DNA of 64,000 bases. Origin: the human T2T-CHM13v2.0 reference genome, Homo sapiens. The notes under the pieces are model-generated. The model was not told where the DNA came from. It saw nothing but the letters and a program-made list of their open reading frames with translations, and did not search any database. Made by a program: the position numbers and the translations under genes. The stretch lies in NCBI RefSeq assembly GCF_009914755.1, contig NC_060930.1. One strand, given 5' to 3'. Positions 45,481 through 59,559 of the stretch are shown here, in pieces. Position 1 is the stretch's first letter, and every line of letters begins with the position of its first letter.

Positions 45481-48470
45481 AGCACAACATTTTTGAATAA
45501 CTTAAAGTATGGTTTCAAACAGAAATTTCTGGGTATTGAGAAAAACTGGCATGTTTCTGAATTGTTGTTCAGCTGTACTTTTTGTTTCGAATAGAAATGC
45601 TTCAGATTGGCAGCCTGTTCTTATTATAGAGACTAGTGTATGCAACATGACTTATTTCCTTCACTTTGTCTCTAAAGTGAACCCTTTAATCCTTATACTA
45701 GATGTTTCTTTATCAAAAACTGGATAATGGCTTTATTCTCTATTATTTTATACAAGGATATATTTAGGGATAACTTTTCAAAAACATCAGCCATAGTTAT
45801 CAAGAAAGAGAGGCGACAAAGGCTCTTATTCAAGTTCCATTAACTTTGACATTCCAGAAGATATGAACTTTAGATTTTGGAAAGATGCCCCAAATAAATG
45901 TTCTATCTGCCACTGAAAAAGTCTTTACTATTGACTCATTATCCCTAGGACATGAGTTGCTTTTCTGGTTATGATTTTTCAAAACCAGAAAAGAATGTTC
46001 CTTAACCTAGTCTTTCTCTTAGTACTCCTGTACTGCCTATTAGAAATGGCTGATCAGGATGTGGGACACACATTGCGTTATATTCACTTTTAGTGTTCAT
46101 TGCTAACTGGCAATGAAAGAGTTCTGTATCTAGCCAGAGACAGCAATGCGGGACTGTGCTTATTTGTACAGTGTCTATGGTACATTAGTCAAATATTTGA
46201 GGGTTTTTATAGAGAATTATGTTGGCTTCCTGGAAGTTCTTTTTGCTTGTAGATTATCCTGACTGGCTGTGACAATTGCTATTGCTCTGTGTTTGCTAGA
46301 ATTTACCAGCTCGTTGGATCCCACAAGGGAGCAAAATAGAAAAAAAAAAAGATTAAAGCAAAATGGAATGTACCAGCTCTGTGCTGGGAATACCTGTGTG
46401 TTGAAATGAGGACATACCAGAATCAACTTTGCCTTTGTTCACAGTCCAGATGAGGAGTCACCACTGGCCTTATTAGAGATAAGATTCAGATAAGAGCTCT
46501 GCCTTTTTTTTTTTTTTTTTTGTCATGTGCTTCTAAGGAAATCATAAAGCTTTAAGCATAGGGATTGTGATTGAAAAATATAATTAGAACAAGAATCAAA
46601 GAAATACAAAAACTTAAATATAATTACCATTCTCATCCCTATTTCACAGATACTGGTGCTCCATTCATTCTTCATTTCTTCCTTAGAAAAATACTTGTTT
46701 AGCTTTACTCTAAATCGCAATACGTCTTGCCCCAAATTCTCCCATGCTATGCACAGATTCAGGGCTTTGAGGATTCTACCCAATTCATGAGGTCAGAATT
46801 CCTAATATTTTTCTTGCTACTTTCAGATTCTTGAATATTAAAATTCTTGCCACTTTTTCTAAGGCTTCCTCAAGTCTTAGTTCTAAGGTAATTCCCGGAG
46901 GGTCTCATTCCCTTTGAAATTTGAAAATTGGAATTTCTTTATTATTCCTGCCACATGGAAGTAAAAGAGACAATTGTATCTGCCTATGAAAGGCTTTACA
47001 GTTTCCCTGTTAAAACTAATATATATATAGTTTAACTAATTAGAAAATCCTCTCTCTTTGTTCAACCATAGCTCCAGCTTTATTATTTCCCTAACGTATA
47101 CTACAGAGTCCCTTTACAGTCGCCTCTCTCAGAGGGTGGATCTGCAGAAAACACAGTTGTGACAAACTCTAACTTTAAAATATATATTTAAACAATTATG
47201 TTTTAAGCAGTAAGATTTGGAAGTAGAGAAATACATGCTATCACTATACAGGCCCATTTTACCATTAATAACATAAAAGCAGACAGTACTATATATTTTA
47301 CTTATTTATTACTGTCTCTCCCTATAATTTTTTGTGTTTTTATTAATTTATGTACGCTTAGCACCTAGAATAGTACCTGGTATATAAAAGACATTGAAAT
47401 CTTTGTTCAAAGAGTTAATTAGTGTTTTTGTCTTCCGTTGTAGCTCATGTAACTATTAAGGGTCCTACTGTGTGGTATTGTGTTTAAAAGATGTGAATGA
47501 GAGATAAGAGTTTCAAACAAGAAAATCTTATATTTTAGCTATTACTCCCTGAAAGGTGTAATTATGTGATGGTTATGTCTTATCTTTTGTATAAGAATTC
47601 TGAGTAGGAAAAATAAGTAATCTGTATTTATTTTATATCTCATACAAATATAACATTTTGTTACAAAAATAAATTGATACAAGGGTTGGAAGTTCTGGAT
47701 CCCAGTCCCAGCTCCCTCCTTGATTATGTCTGGGTCCATGAGCACATTTATGTTTACCTTTCTGGATATAGTTCTGTTAACAGCATCACCAGGTTGGGCT
47801 AGATGCTCCCCACTATCTCCACTCTTCCTGTTCTCATTGCACCCTGGTTACCTATCGATTTCTCCCCACTTACGGCATTGTATTGAACACATCTGCCTAT
47901 GTGTGTTTCCCTACTTGATTTGAGAAACTTGGACGCTACCTCACTAAAAAATAATGGCTACTATTTTTGAGTACTATCAAGTGCTATATTCTACCTATTG
48001 TATGTTACTTAGAACACCATTAAATAAGTATATCTAAGTCAATTTTGAAGAAGTGAAAATTTAAGACTTTGAGAACTTAAACAACGTGCACCAGGTCTGT
48101 AAACTTATGAGATTCCAATCTCTACTCTAACCCCAAAGTCTCTGCTCTTAGCTCTCTACACTATATCCTACTTCTTATCTACAGGATGATCATCATGTCC
48201 TGAACCCCTACTAAGTGCCAAATATTTATATCTTGATTATAATCCTGAAAATAACCTCGCACAGTAGACATGATTATTCTCAGCTTGCATCCTATAGGCC
48301 AGGTAACTGATGCGCAAAGATGACAAGTAATCTCCCCCCCAGCCATACAACAATACCTGTGGGGCAGTCTGGTACTTCTTGTTGCAAATTATCTCAAAGC
48401 TAGTTGATATTTATGCTTTCCTTCAGCTCCTACCCATTCATGTTCCCTTTACCTTTAGCCAGCGCCTTAG

Positions 48471-48838
<368 letters not shown>

Positions 48839-50464
48839 CTTGATTGTTTTCAAACCTTCACTCCTGAAGTGTCTGAGCCCTTGGTGGGCCTACCTCGGTT
48901 GGATTGTTCCATTCTACAAAATGTATCACTCAATACAAAAGTCTTGACATACATTCCCTGCCCCTAAAAGGATTTAGACAGGAAGAATAAAAAGAGAAAT
49001 GCATGCAAGTTTTGTTAATTTTACATTCACATGGGGATGTTCACAAGAGAGGGAAGCCTCAAGAAGCGGCCCAAGTAAGATGCTTTTATACTTTTTAGAT
49101 AAACAACAATAAATTTGTGAAGAAATGACAGGGGAAAGGGGATCTGGCTAGGGATAGTACATTCTAGGGGAGTCACTAGGAGGTATTTGGAGTATGTAAA
49201 ACTAGTGGAAGATAAGGGTTACTTCCAGAAGTTTATTTACCTAGGCCTGTTGCAGCACCAAATCTCAGTCTCCAGTGATAACGAATATTCTTTTACCCAG
49301 GTAAGGAGAAGGCAGCCCTCCCAAAAGAATCTTTTTTGGCTTGCTACATGCAGGAAAAGACAGGGCAACTAGACTTTTTCTGAAACTGTAATTTTTCCAG
49401 TGTTTTTTAGCTCAAAATATACCAATTTGTTATATTTGGGGATGATGTTTCCTTCACTTCTTCATCGTAGAAGCAGAAATTCCAAACACCTCTTTGAGAG
49501 TTACTCATTCTCTGGGTATCTTCCACGTATATATGAAATATACATGTTAATAAATGTCTGTTTGTTTTTCTCTTGTTAATCTGTGTTTTGTAATAGGGGT
49601 CTGTTTCAACTATATATTGGGGTTTTATTTTTCCCTACCCATTCATGCACCAATCAATCTAGCATCAATCAAGCTATATAAAACAACAACTGGTAAGTTC
49701 AGGAGAAGTGTGCATGGCTCATCAAACACCCTGTTATTTGCCCAGGAAGCTAACACATTGCTGTTGGCTGTTGTGTGTGCCTGAGGGAAGGGATAGAGGC
49801 TTACATCCTAGCTTTTGCTTTTCCAAGTATGCTTAAGGAGTGAGCGTGTGTGCACTTTCTCAGCTTGGAGAGTTCTGATGTGAGGTGAGGTTCGTTTATT
49901 ATGCCCTCAACACTCCTTATCCTGTTGCTCAGGGGACCTTTCTGAATCTCACTTTGCACAGGTCTTCCCCAAAGCTGCCTCCTGGGCTGTCATCTCCTGG
50001 TCCCAAGGGGTGGCCTGAGTGGGACTGGGGGAAGAATGATCAGGAAGCAGTTGGTCTGCCTTGCCTGCTGTTACTCTTCTCAGTGACCTGGTTTCAGGGT
50101 TGTCCTGATGTGATGCCACAGCCTCTGACAAGTGCCATAGATCCTGGCTGGTGATGATCCAGCAGGGCACACGTGGTGGAGAAATGGCCACCACCAGAAA
50201 GCTCTCCGCAGCCCATCCCCGCCTGCTGCACCTGTGGTCTCTTCTGCTCCAACCCTGGGATACAGGCTTTTTTATCTTGACTAGGGTTTCTCAGGGTCTT
50301 TATGTCCTGATCCATCATCCACTTTCTTTTCACCATGACACTTCTGGGCTCAGTTTGGGGAGGAATGATGGTATTCAGCATTAGTTCACCATCTGGTGAG
50401 GAACTAGAATCTTTTATGCATCTTTATATTCCCTTCCTTAAGATGCTTAAGGTATGTCCTAGAA

Positions 50465-50891
50465 CAGTAGTTCCCTACATTTTTGGCACCTGGGACCAGT
50501 TTTGTGGAAGACAGTTTTTCCACAGATGAGGGCAGGGGATGGCTTCGGGATGAAACTGTTCCACCTCAGATCATCAGGCTTCAGATTTTCATAAGGAGCA
50601 TGCAACCTAGATCCCTCATATGTGCAGTTCGCAATAGGGTTCGTACACCTAGGAGAATTGAATGCCACCTGCTGATCATAAAAAACATAAAAAACTAAAA
50701 AAAAGGAAAACCACTTTGTCTATGATCTTTAGACTTATTTATGTTTAAATTGTTTTTTTCTGTTTAATTTTTAAACAGGAGGTGGAACTCAGGCGGTAAT
50801 GTTCGCTGCCGCTCATCTCCTGCTATGCAGCCTGGTTTCTAACAAGCCATGGACTGGCCCTGGTCCACGGCCTGGGGACTGGGGGCACCTG
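50465..50891. mobile_element. MER1B (hAT-Charlie) interrupted by a ~97-bp foreign insert at 50678-50774
   Basis: ttttggcacc...gggatgaaactgttccacctcagatcatcaggc...gctgatc [insert] acaggaggtggaactcaggcggtaatg. Confidence 0.85.
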
Positions 50892-53240
50892 TCCTAGAAC
50901 ACTGACCTGGACTGCCTCACCAAGTTTAGTATGAAGGACAAGTCTGTTTCATTGTGAGGAAAAACTATGTTAGAAAAATATAAATATAAATATATAATAT
51001 GCTATACTTAAGCTAGTATAATTTAGTGCATAATAACTGTGAAGTAAATGACCGCTAAATAAATAAGACTTTGGATGAGCAGCTAGAGCAGGCTGCACAC
51101 CACTGTGACAGCATTATTTCTCAGTGCTACAGCAGTTAAGTGCTACTTAAAGAGAAGAACAGATTACTAAAAGGTTGATTTGAACAAATCCTTTAATACA
51201 TTTGCTTGTTGTTTGGGATTTGTTATTTCAAAAATACTTTAACTTCTCAATTTTGACCCAAACACCGTTAATTGTTTGTGAGTGAGCTTTGTAAAACTGA
51301 ATGCAGAAGTTTTGATTGTGAGGCAAAAACTCTCTCATCCTGTTTTAAGGAAGATCTACATGCCCTTCTTTGTGATATTCTAGGAAGCAAAAGGAGAAGT
51401 GCTCTCTGGGAGATGAATTTCACTACCCTTGTTTTCCCCCTCCTTACAAGATTGGAGCAAATTCCCACTTATTTAGCAAGCAAAACATACTTCATAATTT
51501 CCAAATAAGAAGTAAAGTTTGCCATGTACACATCTGGAACCTGTGCATCTAGTCTCAGTTTACAACAAATAATACTTGTATTCTATGAATTCACCCAAAA
51601 GCTCAGTTTCGAGTTGACTCAATTCATGAGGAAAGTGCAATTAAGGTAGCTGATATTGATGACAGTTTAAGTAAAATATTAACCATTCACCCCTAGTACG
51701 ATTTCAGGTTCTAGCTTGTTTCAAATTAAATCACAATATCAAATTAGATCACCAGAATTATTTAGTGTAACTCTTTGTAAAGTTGCCTTTACTAATGTAA
51801 CTTAATCTGCCTTATTTGAATGTCTTTGGCATTCTTGAATGTTGATATGAGAAATGGTCCTATGGAATTAAGGTTTCTGCATCTTTTTAGAAGACTCTGT
51901 TGCAAAAATTAATAATTCTGCAAGAGCTACCATTCACAGAGTACATCGGATGACCCAGGCACATGCTTTACTGAATTTAATTCTCACTATAGTCTTTTAG
52001 GTGTATATTATAATCCTTACTTTACATATGAAGAAACCGAAGCTATGTTAAACAACTTGCTCACACCTAATAAGTGCTTGACACAAGATTGAAACCCAGG
52101 TCTGTTAGATCTCTAAGTTTGTGGCCTTAACCAATATTTTATATTGTAATTATGCTATATGTGTAGAATTACTCATATAAAATGGTAAGAAATTGGGAGG
52201 AACTACATTGTAGAGCCAGAAGTCTGACTGGGATGGCAAGCTACAATCAGGATGATCTTTGGCACATATGGGCTTGCCTTGAAATTTCTAGATTCCATTT
52301 TGTCAGAAGCTGGATAAAGACTGGACTTTGGTCACCCAACCCTGCTGAAGACTCAGATTATTCCTGACTTGGACATTAAAGGGAAACTTAGTTCCATGGG
52401 CAAGGGTGTCTAGGACACTCAGGTAACCACATGAACAGGAGCTTACCTTTGACTTCAGGGCCTTCAATGAGTCATAGGTTAGGAAATCCTTATCTAAGCC
52501 ATGCTAGTTCCCAGTTTTTCTTGGCTTCTGGGAAGCCCTGTTTCAAATGAAATACTCAATTCCAATATTTTCCTGAATGTTATTATGTTCTTCTTTCCCT
52601 CTAAGTCAGTAGACTTCAAACTGTGTTCCACATAGTTCTTTGAGTTCCACAGGCCCTCTTTTAGGGTGCCCCATTGCTTGAGGAGAAGATGGAAGGGATG
52701 GAGCTGTGGGCAGGCATCCTGCCCCTTAGTCCAAGCAGCTTCAAGGCCACAGGCATGAAAGGACATTAGCTCAGCTCTACCACTGCCTAGTGATTTGATT
52801 TCTTTATGCCCCAGTGTCCTCATCTATAAAAAGGTACTAATAGTCCTCTCTTGTAGGTTTCAGTCATGACAAAAGGACTAAATGCATGTATGACACTCAG
52901 AACCCTGCCTGACAAAAAGCAAGCACCCAGGAGTTGTTAGTCATTATTATTGCTTGACTATGCTTTTAAATAAAATGTTTTTTATAATGAAGAACACTGA
53001 AACTAAAAAAAAAAAGGAAAACCACTTTGTCTATGATCTTTAGACTTATTTATGTTTAAATTGTTTTTTTCTGTTTAATTTTTATTTGTATGTTATTTTC
53101 ACGTAAATGAGATTTAATTCATTCCCAGTCTGCCATTTTTGATCTACCAAACTACCTCCTCATAAATGGTCATCCCTGACTTCCCAGTGAGAAACTTGGA
53201 AATTGCTTTTATTTCTTGGCTGACAGATCTGATAAATGAG

Positions 53241-53643
53241 TGTTAGAAGGAAAACTTTAGCTAAAGTAAATTTAACGGAATTTAATTGAGCCAAGAACAA
53301 TTTGTGAATGAAGTAGCCTCCCAAGCTAGAGTAGGCTCAGAGAGACACCAGTGCAGCCACGTGATGTAAGAAGATTTATGAACAGAAAGAGAACAGGGAA
53401 GCACAGAAAACGGAAGTGAGGTACAGAAGCAGCTGGATTGGTCACAGCATGGTGCCTGCCTTATTTGAACACGGTTGAAAAGGTTGGCCCTCTCTGACTG
53501 GCCAAAACTCAGTGTTTGGCACAAGAGTAGGTTACAGTCTGTTTACAAATCCATTGAGGTTATAGTTCCTTAGGTACAGAGAAGCCTTTAAGTCAAACTT
53601 AAAATACATAAGGAGACAGCTGTAGGCCAAACTTGATTTAAGC
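53241..53643 (-). mobile_element. MER57-family ERV1 solo LTR
   Basis: Reverse strand reads taaatcaagtttggcctacagctgtctccttatgtattttaagttt...ccgtgttcaaataaggca...gtacctcacttccgttttctg. Confidence 0.8.
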
Positions 53644-53755
53644 TTCTTTGCCTCTCACTTTGCTACTGGCTTCACTGCCTCAGGTGCTCTGTGCTTGAGA
53701 CAACTTAAGGTTGAGACCCTTTAAAATATTTTGCTGTCCTCTTTGCAGATGAGAG

Positions 53756-54070
53756 TGTATTAGTCTATTCAGGCAGCTATAAGAAAACACAATAAACTGA
53801 GTTGCTTATAAACATTAGAAGTTTATTTCTCTCAGTTCTGGAGGAAAGTCCAAGACCAACACACAGGCAGACTGGGTGCCTGGTGAGGGCTCTCCTCCTG
53901 GTTCACTCTTCCTGTGGGCCTGTTTTATAATGGAGCTAATCCCATCCATGAGCACTCCACCCTCATGATCTAATGACCTCCCAGAAGCCCCATCTCTTAA
54001 TATCATCACCCTGGGGATTAGGAATTCAACATGTGAATTTCAGGGGGACACAAACCCTTAGACCATAGCA
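53756..54070 (-). mobile_element. MLT1A/MST-type MaLR LTR
   Basis: tttatttctctcagttctggag...ccctcatgatctaatgacctccc...agaccatagca. Confidence 0.78.
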
Positions 54071-54826
54071 GAGGATACAAAGAAGTAAAAAAAGATAGAT
54101 AACAACAAAAGAAAAATAATGGCTATTACTAGTCATTTTAATTTTTTTTTTTACTTTCCTCGCTCCCCCTTCCTACTTTTGAAACATTTTTAAAGTTTTC
54201 AATGAGAAAAGAAAAGCCCAAACATTATTAATTTTATTGTATTTTTTCCCCAGTAAAATATATCATGCATACAAACTGGTAGAAATAACGTACGTTCACT
54301 GTTTTAATAAGGAGAATGAAATGAGCCTCACTGAGTGTAATCTTGGGTTTGCCCTTCACCTGGCTCCCTCTTCACTGCCTCACTGGCTCTGGGCTTTAGG
54401 GAGAGGATGTCTATGGACACCATCTGCAGCCTCCTTTGCCTTTCAACTTCCTGTTAGTTTTGGCCAATGGAGTATTGCATTAAACCTGTTTTTCTACACA
54501 CTGCCCCTACTTTTGTACACAATCCCTTTCTTAACTTCTCCTCAAATTAACTTGAGGTTTCTGTTTACTTCCTTTAAGGATCCAACCAGCTCCCCCTGAG
54601 CTGGGCCGGTGGAGGCTCTCCCTTATCCTCGGGAGAGGTATATACCGGTTTAAACTTTGTGTTAATCATTCCTTTGGTTAAAAAGAACTAATGTCATCAT
54701 ATAAGTATGTCGAAATGCATATTGTTTAGTTTTGTGTTTTTTGACTTATGTAAATGGATTGATTCAAAGTCTCCCTCACTTATGTTCCATTTTTTTCCCT
54801 TTGCTAATTTGGAAATTATACATTCT

Positions 54827-55271
<445 letters not shown>

Positions 55272-56211
55272 TTACCTCTCACCCAACTGCAATGCAATTT
55301 TTTTCAGTATTTCGGCTCTGCCTAATTTTTAAACTTGCAAAAAGTGGTCACTGTTGATATTATTGTTTCATGCCATCAGTGATTCCTTAGATGGAGCCAG
55401 GTGTTATGGTTTTCTTCACTCACCATTCCATTTTGCATCTGAGATATTTCTTTGGGATCATTTCCCTTTTTCTTCAGAGGTTCTTTAGTGAAGTCTGTTG
55501 CTAGCAAAATCTGTCTTCGTCTGCAAATGTGTTTTATTCTTGTTCTTGAAAGACAGTTGTACTGAGTTTTTCTTAGTATTTTGAAGACAATATATCACAA
55601 TCTTTTGACTTCCACTCTTGCTTTTGAGAAGGCAGCTGTTAATCGTTGATTCTTTGAGGTGAATATCTTCTCCTTTTAACTACTTTTGGATTTTCTCTTT
55701 TCTGTGCGTCTCTTTGGTTTGTTTTAATGTATTGTCTAGAGATATAGGTCTTTTTTTTTTTTTAATCTTGTTAAGTTTCCTTGGACTCAGTGAATCTGAG
55801 AATAATCTTTCATAAGTTGCAAAATTTTCTCAGCCAATTTCTCTCTTCAAAAACATTTCTCCTTCATTCTGTTAGCTCACTCTGAAAAACTGATTAGATA
55901 TATTTTAGGTTTTCTCATTCTATGCCCCAAAACTTTCAACCTCTCTTTCCCAGTTTTCATCTTATCACCTTTCTGGCTGTGTATGGGTAATCATCTCTTC
56001 GGTTGTGTCTAATCTGCTGTTCAATACATCCAATGAATTTCTAACTTCAAATATTAATTTTACATTTTCTATTTCGGTATTTCAAATCTGCTTGACTATT
56101 TTCATGGCCTCTTATTACTCTATGTCATTTTTAATTCCTTCTATTATTTCTTTAAACATATTAAACACATACATATGGGTGTATATACATGTATGCATAT
56201 ATATATACATA

Positions 56212-56561
56212 CAGTTGTCCCTCAGTATTCATGGGGGATTGGTTCCAGGATGTCCTGCAGATACCAAAATTCACAGAGATACTCAAGTCCCTGATGTAAA
56301 ATGATGTAATATTTGCATATAACCTACACATATATCCCCCTGTAAACTTTAAATCATCTCCCTAGATTACTTATAATGCCTAATACAATGTAAATGCAAT
56401 GTAAATAATTATTATATTGTATTGCTTAGGCAACAGTGACAAGAAAAAAGTCTTCATGTGTTCAGTACAGACACTACCATCTATTATTTTTTCTAAATAT
56501 TTTCCATCTGCAGTTGGTTGAATCCACCAGTGTGGAACCTACGGATGCAGAGGACTGACTG
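56212..56561. mobile_element. MER2 (Tigger-family) DNA transposon
   Basis: cagttgtccctcagtattcatgggggattggttccagga ... gttggttgaatcc...gaggactgactg TIRs. Confidence 0.85.
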
Positions 56562-56839
56562 CACTTACTTCTGCTAAACACGTTGGTATACTATCAACCT
56601 GGAGATTTAAAACTAAATTTTCAGCTTGGGGCTTCAATTTGGGAGCATAGATTATGTGAATTTTGTTGCAAGCCAACATAAGGATCAGTTTATGGAAGGA
56701 ATTCTTTGAAGTGACCCTTCCTCCTTCCCTTCTCTTTCCTCTCCCTGTCTTCTTTTCTTCTTTTTCTCTCTCTCGTTCTTTCCCTAAATCCTTAACCTTC
56801 CTCCTTTCCTCTCACTCTCTCTTATCCTTCCTTCCTTCC

Positions 56840-57300
56840 TTCCGACAAAGACTGTCTCTGTTGACTAAAACTTTAGTCAGGCTCCTGAGCACTTTCTGAC
56901 TAGCCCCAACCTTGGGCTTCCCTCCTTGTCTTCGTAGAATCCAGTGTGAGCAAGGATCTTGCTAAGACAGCTTGGCTGTAGAAAATCCCCTACCTTTGCT
57001 ATCTGAGCCCCCTCCATATCTGATCCCCCTGGCCTGCCTTCAGGAATTAGCCTATTAGATCAGTCTAGCCAGAAACCCTTGTCCTTGATGTTTCCCCTGA
57101 GTAATTTTTTGTTCACTGATCCCCACTCTGCTCCTTGGTTAAAAATCTTCACTTATTCTTGTTGGAGTAGGAGTTGAGCCAAATCTCCCTTGCAACTGGA
57201 AGACCTTGTTACAGTGCTCCCTATAACTATGACCATGGCTCCCCTTGAATAAAGTCTGCCCTACCATCTTGAACAAGTGTCACAAATGATTGTATTCTGT
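56840..57300 (+). mobile_element. MER31-like ERV1 LTR
   Basis: gacaaagactgtctctgttgactaaaactttagtcaggctcctga...gaataaagtctgcc. Confidence 0.7.
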
Positions 57301-57368
57301 AGCTCTCCCTCCCTCCATTCCTCTCTCCCTTCATTCCTTCTTTTCTTACCTTTTTCTTTTCCTCTTTC

Positions 57369-57667
57369 CTTTTTTTTTTTCTTTTTAAATGGAGTTTCGC
57401 TCTTTTTGCCCAGGCTAGAGTGCAATAGCACGATCTCAGCACACCACAACCTCTGACTCCTGGGTTCAAGCGATTCTCCTGCTTCAGCCTCCCGAGTAGC
57501 TGGGATTACAGGCATGCACCATCACGCCCAGCTAATTTTGTATTCTTTAGTAGAGACGGGGTTGCTCCATGTTGGTCAGGCTGGTCTTGAACTCCTGACC
57601 TCAGGTGATCTGACCACCTTAGCCTCCAAAGTGCTTGGATTACAGGTGTGAGCCACTGCACCCAGCC
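57369..57667 (-). mobile_element. AluSp-like
   Basis: Reverse Alu consensus. Confidence 0.9.
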
Positions 57668-58225
57668 TCTTCTTTCCTTCTTTTTCTTCCTGCTCTGAGG
57701 TTATAATCGGCAAGTAGTGCTAGCATCTATCTCTGCAGAGTGGGTTTCCATGTCCCCAGTTATTCTCTTTTTATGTTTTGTGCAGGGGACTTTAACCTGA
57801 CTGATTTGAATCCTAGACTATATGCCCTGGGCCACCAGGATGAAGACGATGCCCTCAGCATAAATACCACTTTAATGCTGTTCTTTGGGACCTCTAAGGA
57901 CTCGCCTTACTGCTCCATAACTTCAACCCTGCATTTGAAAATGTTTTTGAAATGTAATTTTAATATAGGTGTTCTGCACTGGGAGGTTTTTTTCTACATA
58001 GGCAATATGTCATTTGGCCAAAAATGGAAGAAATGGAATAAATAATGTGATTTTTTTTAAAGGTTTAGTAAAGCAATGCAAATTTTGGTAGATTTCAAAA
58101 CTTGAATCATTTAACTAATTTTTTGTATATAATGAAGAATGTAGCTTCAAAAATCTAATTTTATTTATCACTATTAGAAGCACATAGCCCTGTTTTTGTC
58201 ATAGTTATTTAGAAAAGAGAAGATA

Positions 58226-58564
<339 letters not shown>

Positions 58565-58620
58565 TCAGGACTATGGCCTATGTAGGTAAAATAAAGGTGA
58601 AAATTATTTCTCTTATTTGG

Positions 58621-59559
58621 TGTTGCAGGAGGTCAGGGACCCAGAACGGAGGGACCGGCTGGAGCTGTGGCAGAGGAACATAAATTGTGAAGATTTCATG
58701 GACATTTATCAGTTCCGAAAATTAATACTCATAATTTCTTATGCCTGTCTTAATTTAATCTCTTAATCCTGTTATCTTCGTAAACTGAGAATATATGTCA
58801 CCTCAGGACCACTATTGTACAAACTGATTGTAAAACATGTGTGTTTGAACAATATGAAATCAGTGCACCTTGAAAAAGAACAGAACAACAGCGATTTTAG
58901 GGAACAAGGGAAGACAACCATAAGATCTGACTGCCTGTGGGGTCTGGCAGAATAGAGCCATATTTTTCTTCTTGCAGAGAGCCTATAAATGGACGTGCAA
59001 GTAGGAGAGATATTGCTAAATTCTTTTCCTAGCAAGGAATATAGTATTAAGACCCTAGGAAAAGAATTGCATTCCTGGGGGGAGGTCTATAAACAGCCAC
59101 TCTGGGAGTGTCTGTCCTATGTGGTTGAGGTTCTCTGCTCTTGAACCCTGTTTTCTGTTAAGATGTTTATCAAGACAATACATGCACAGCTGAACATAGA
59201 CCCTCATCAGGAGTTTTTGATTTCGTCCTTTGCTTTGTGATCTTTGCTTTGCCCTTTGCCTTGTGATGTTTATTGGCCTTAGAAGCATGTGATCTTTGTT
59301 CTCCCTTTTGCCCTTTGATGAAGCATGTGATCTTTGTGACCTACTCCCTGTTCGTACACCCCCTTCCCTTTTAAAGTCCTTAATAAAAACCTGCTGGTTT
59401 TGCGTCTCAGGTGGGCATCACGGACCTACCGATATGTGATGTCACCTCTGGTGGCCCAGCTGTAAAATTCCTCTCTTTGCACTCTTTCTCTTTATTTCTC
59501 AGACTTAGGGAAAATAAAAAGAACCTATGTTGAAATATTGGGGGTGGGGTTCCCCAATA
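58621..59559 (+). mobile_element. MER11 (HERV-K/HML-8) solo LTR
   Basis: tgttgcaggaggtcagggacccagaacggagggaccggctgg start; aataaa at 59382; ends gggttccccaata. Confidence 0.88.
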
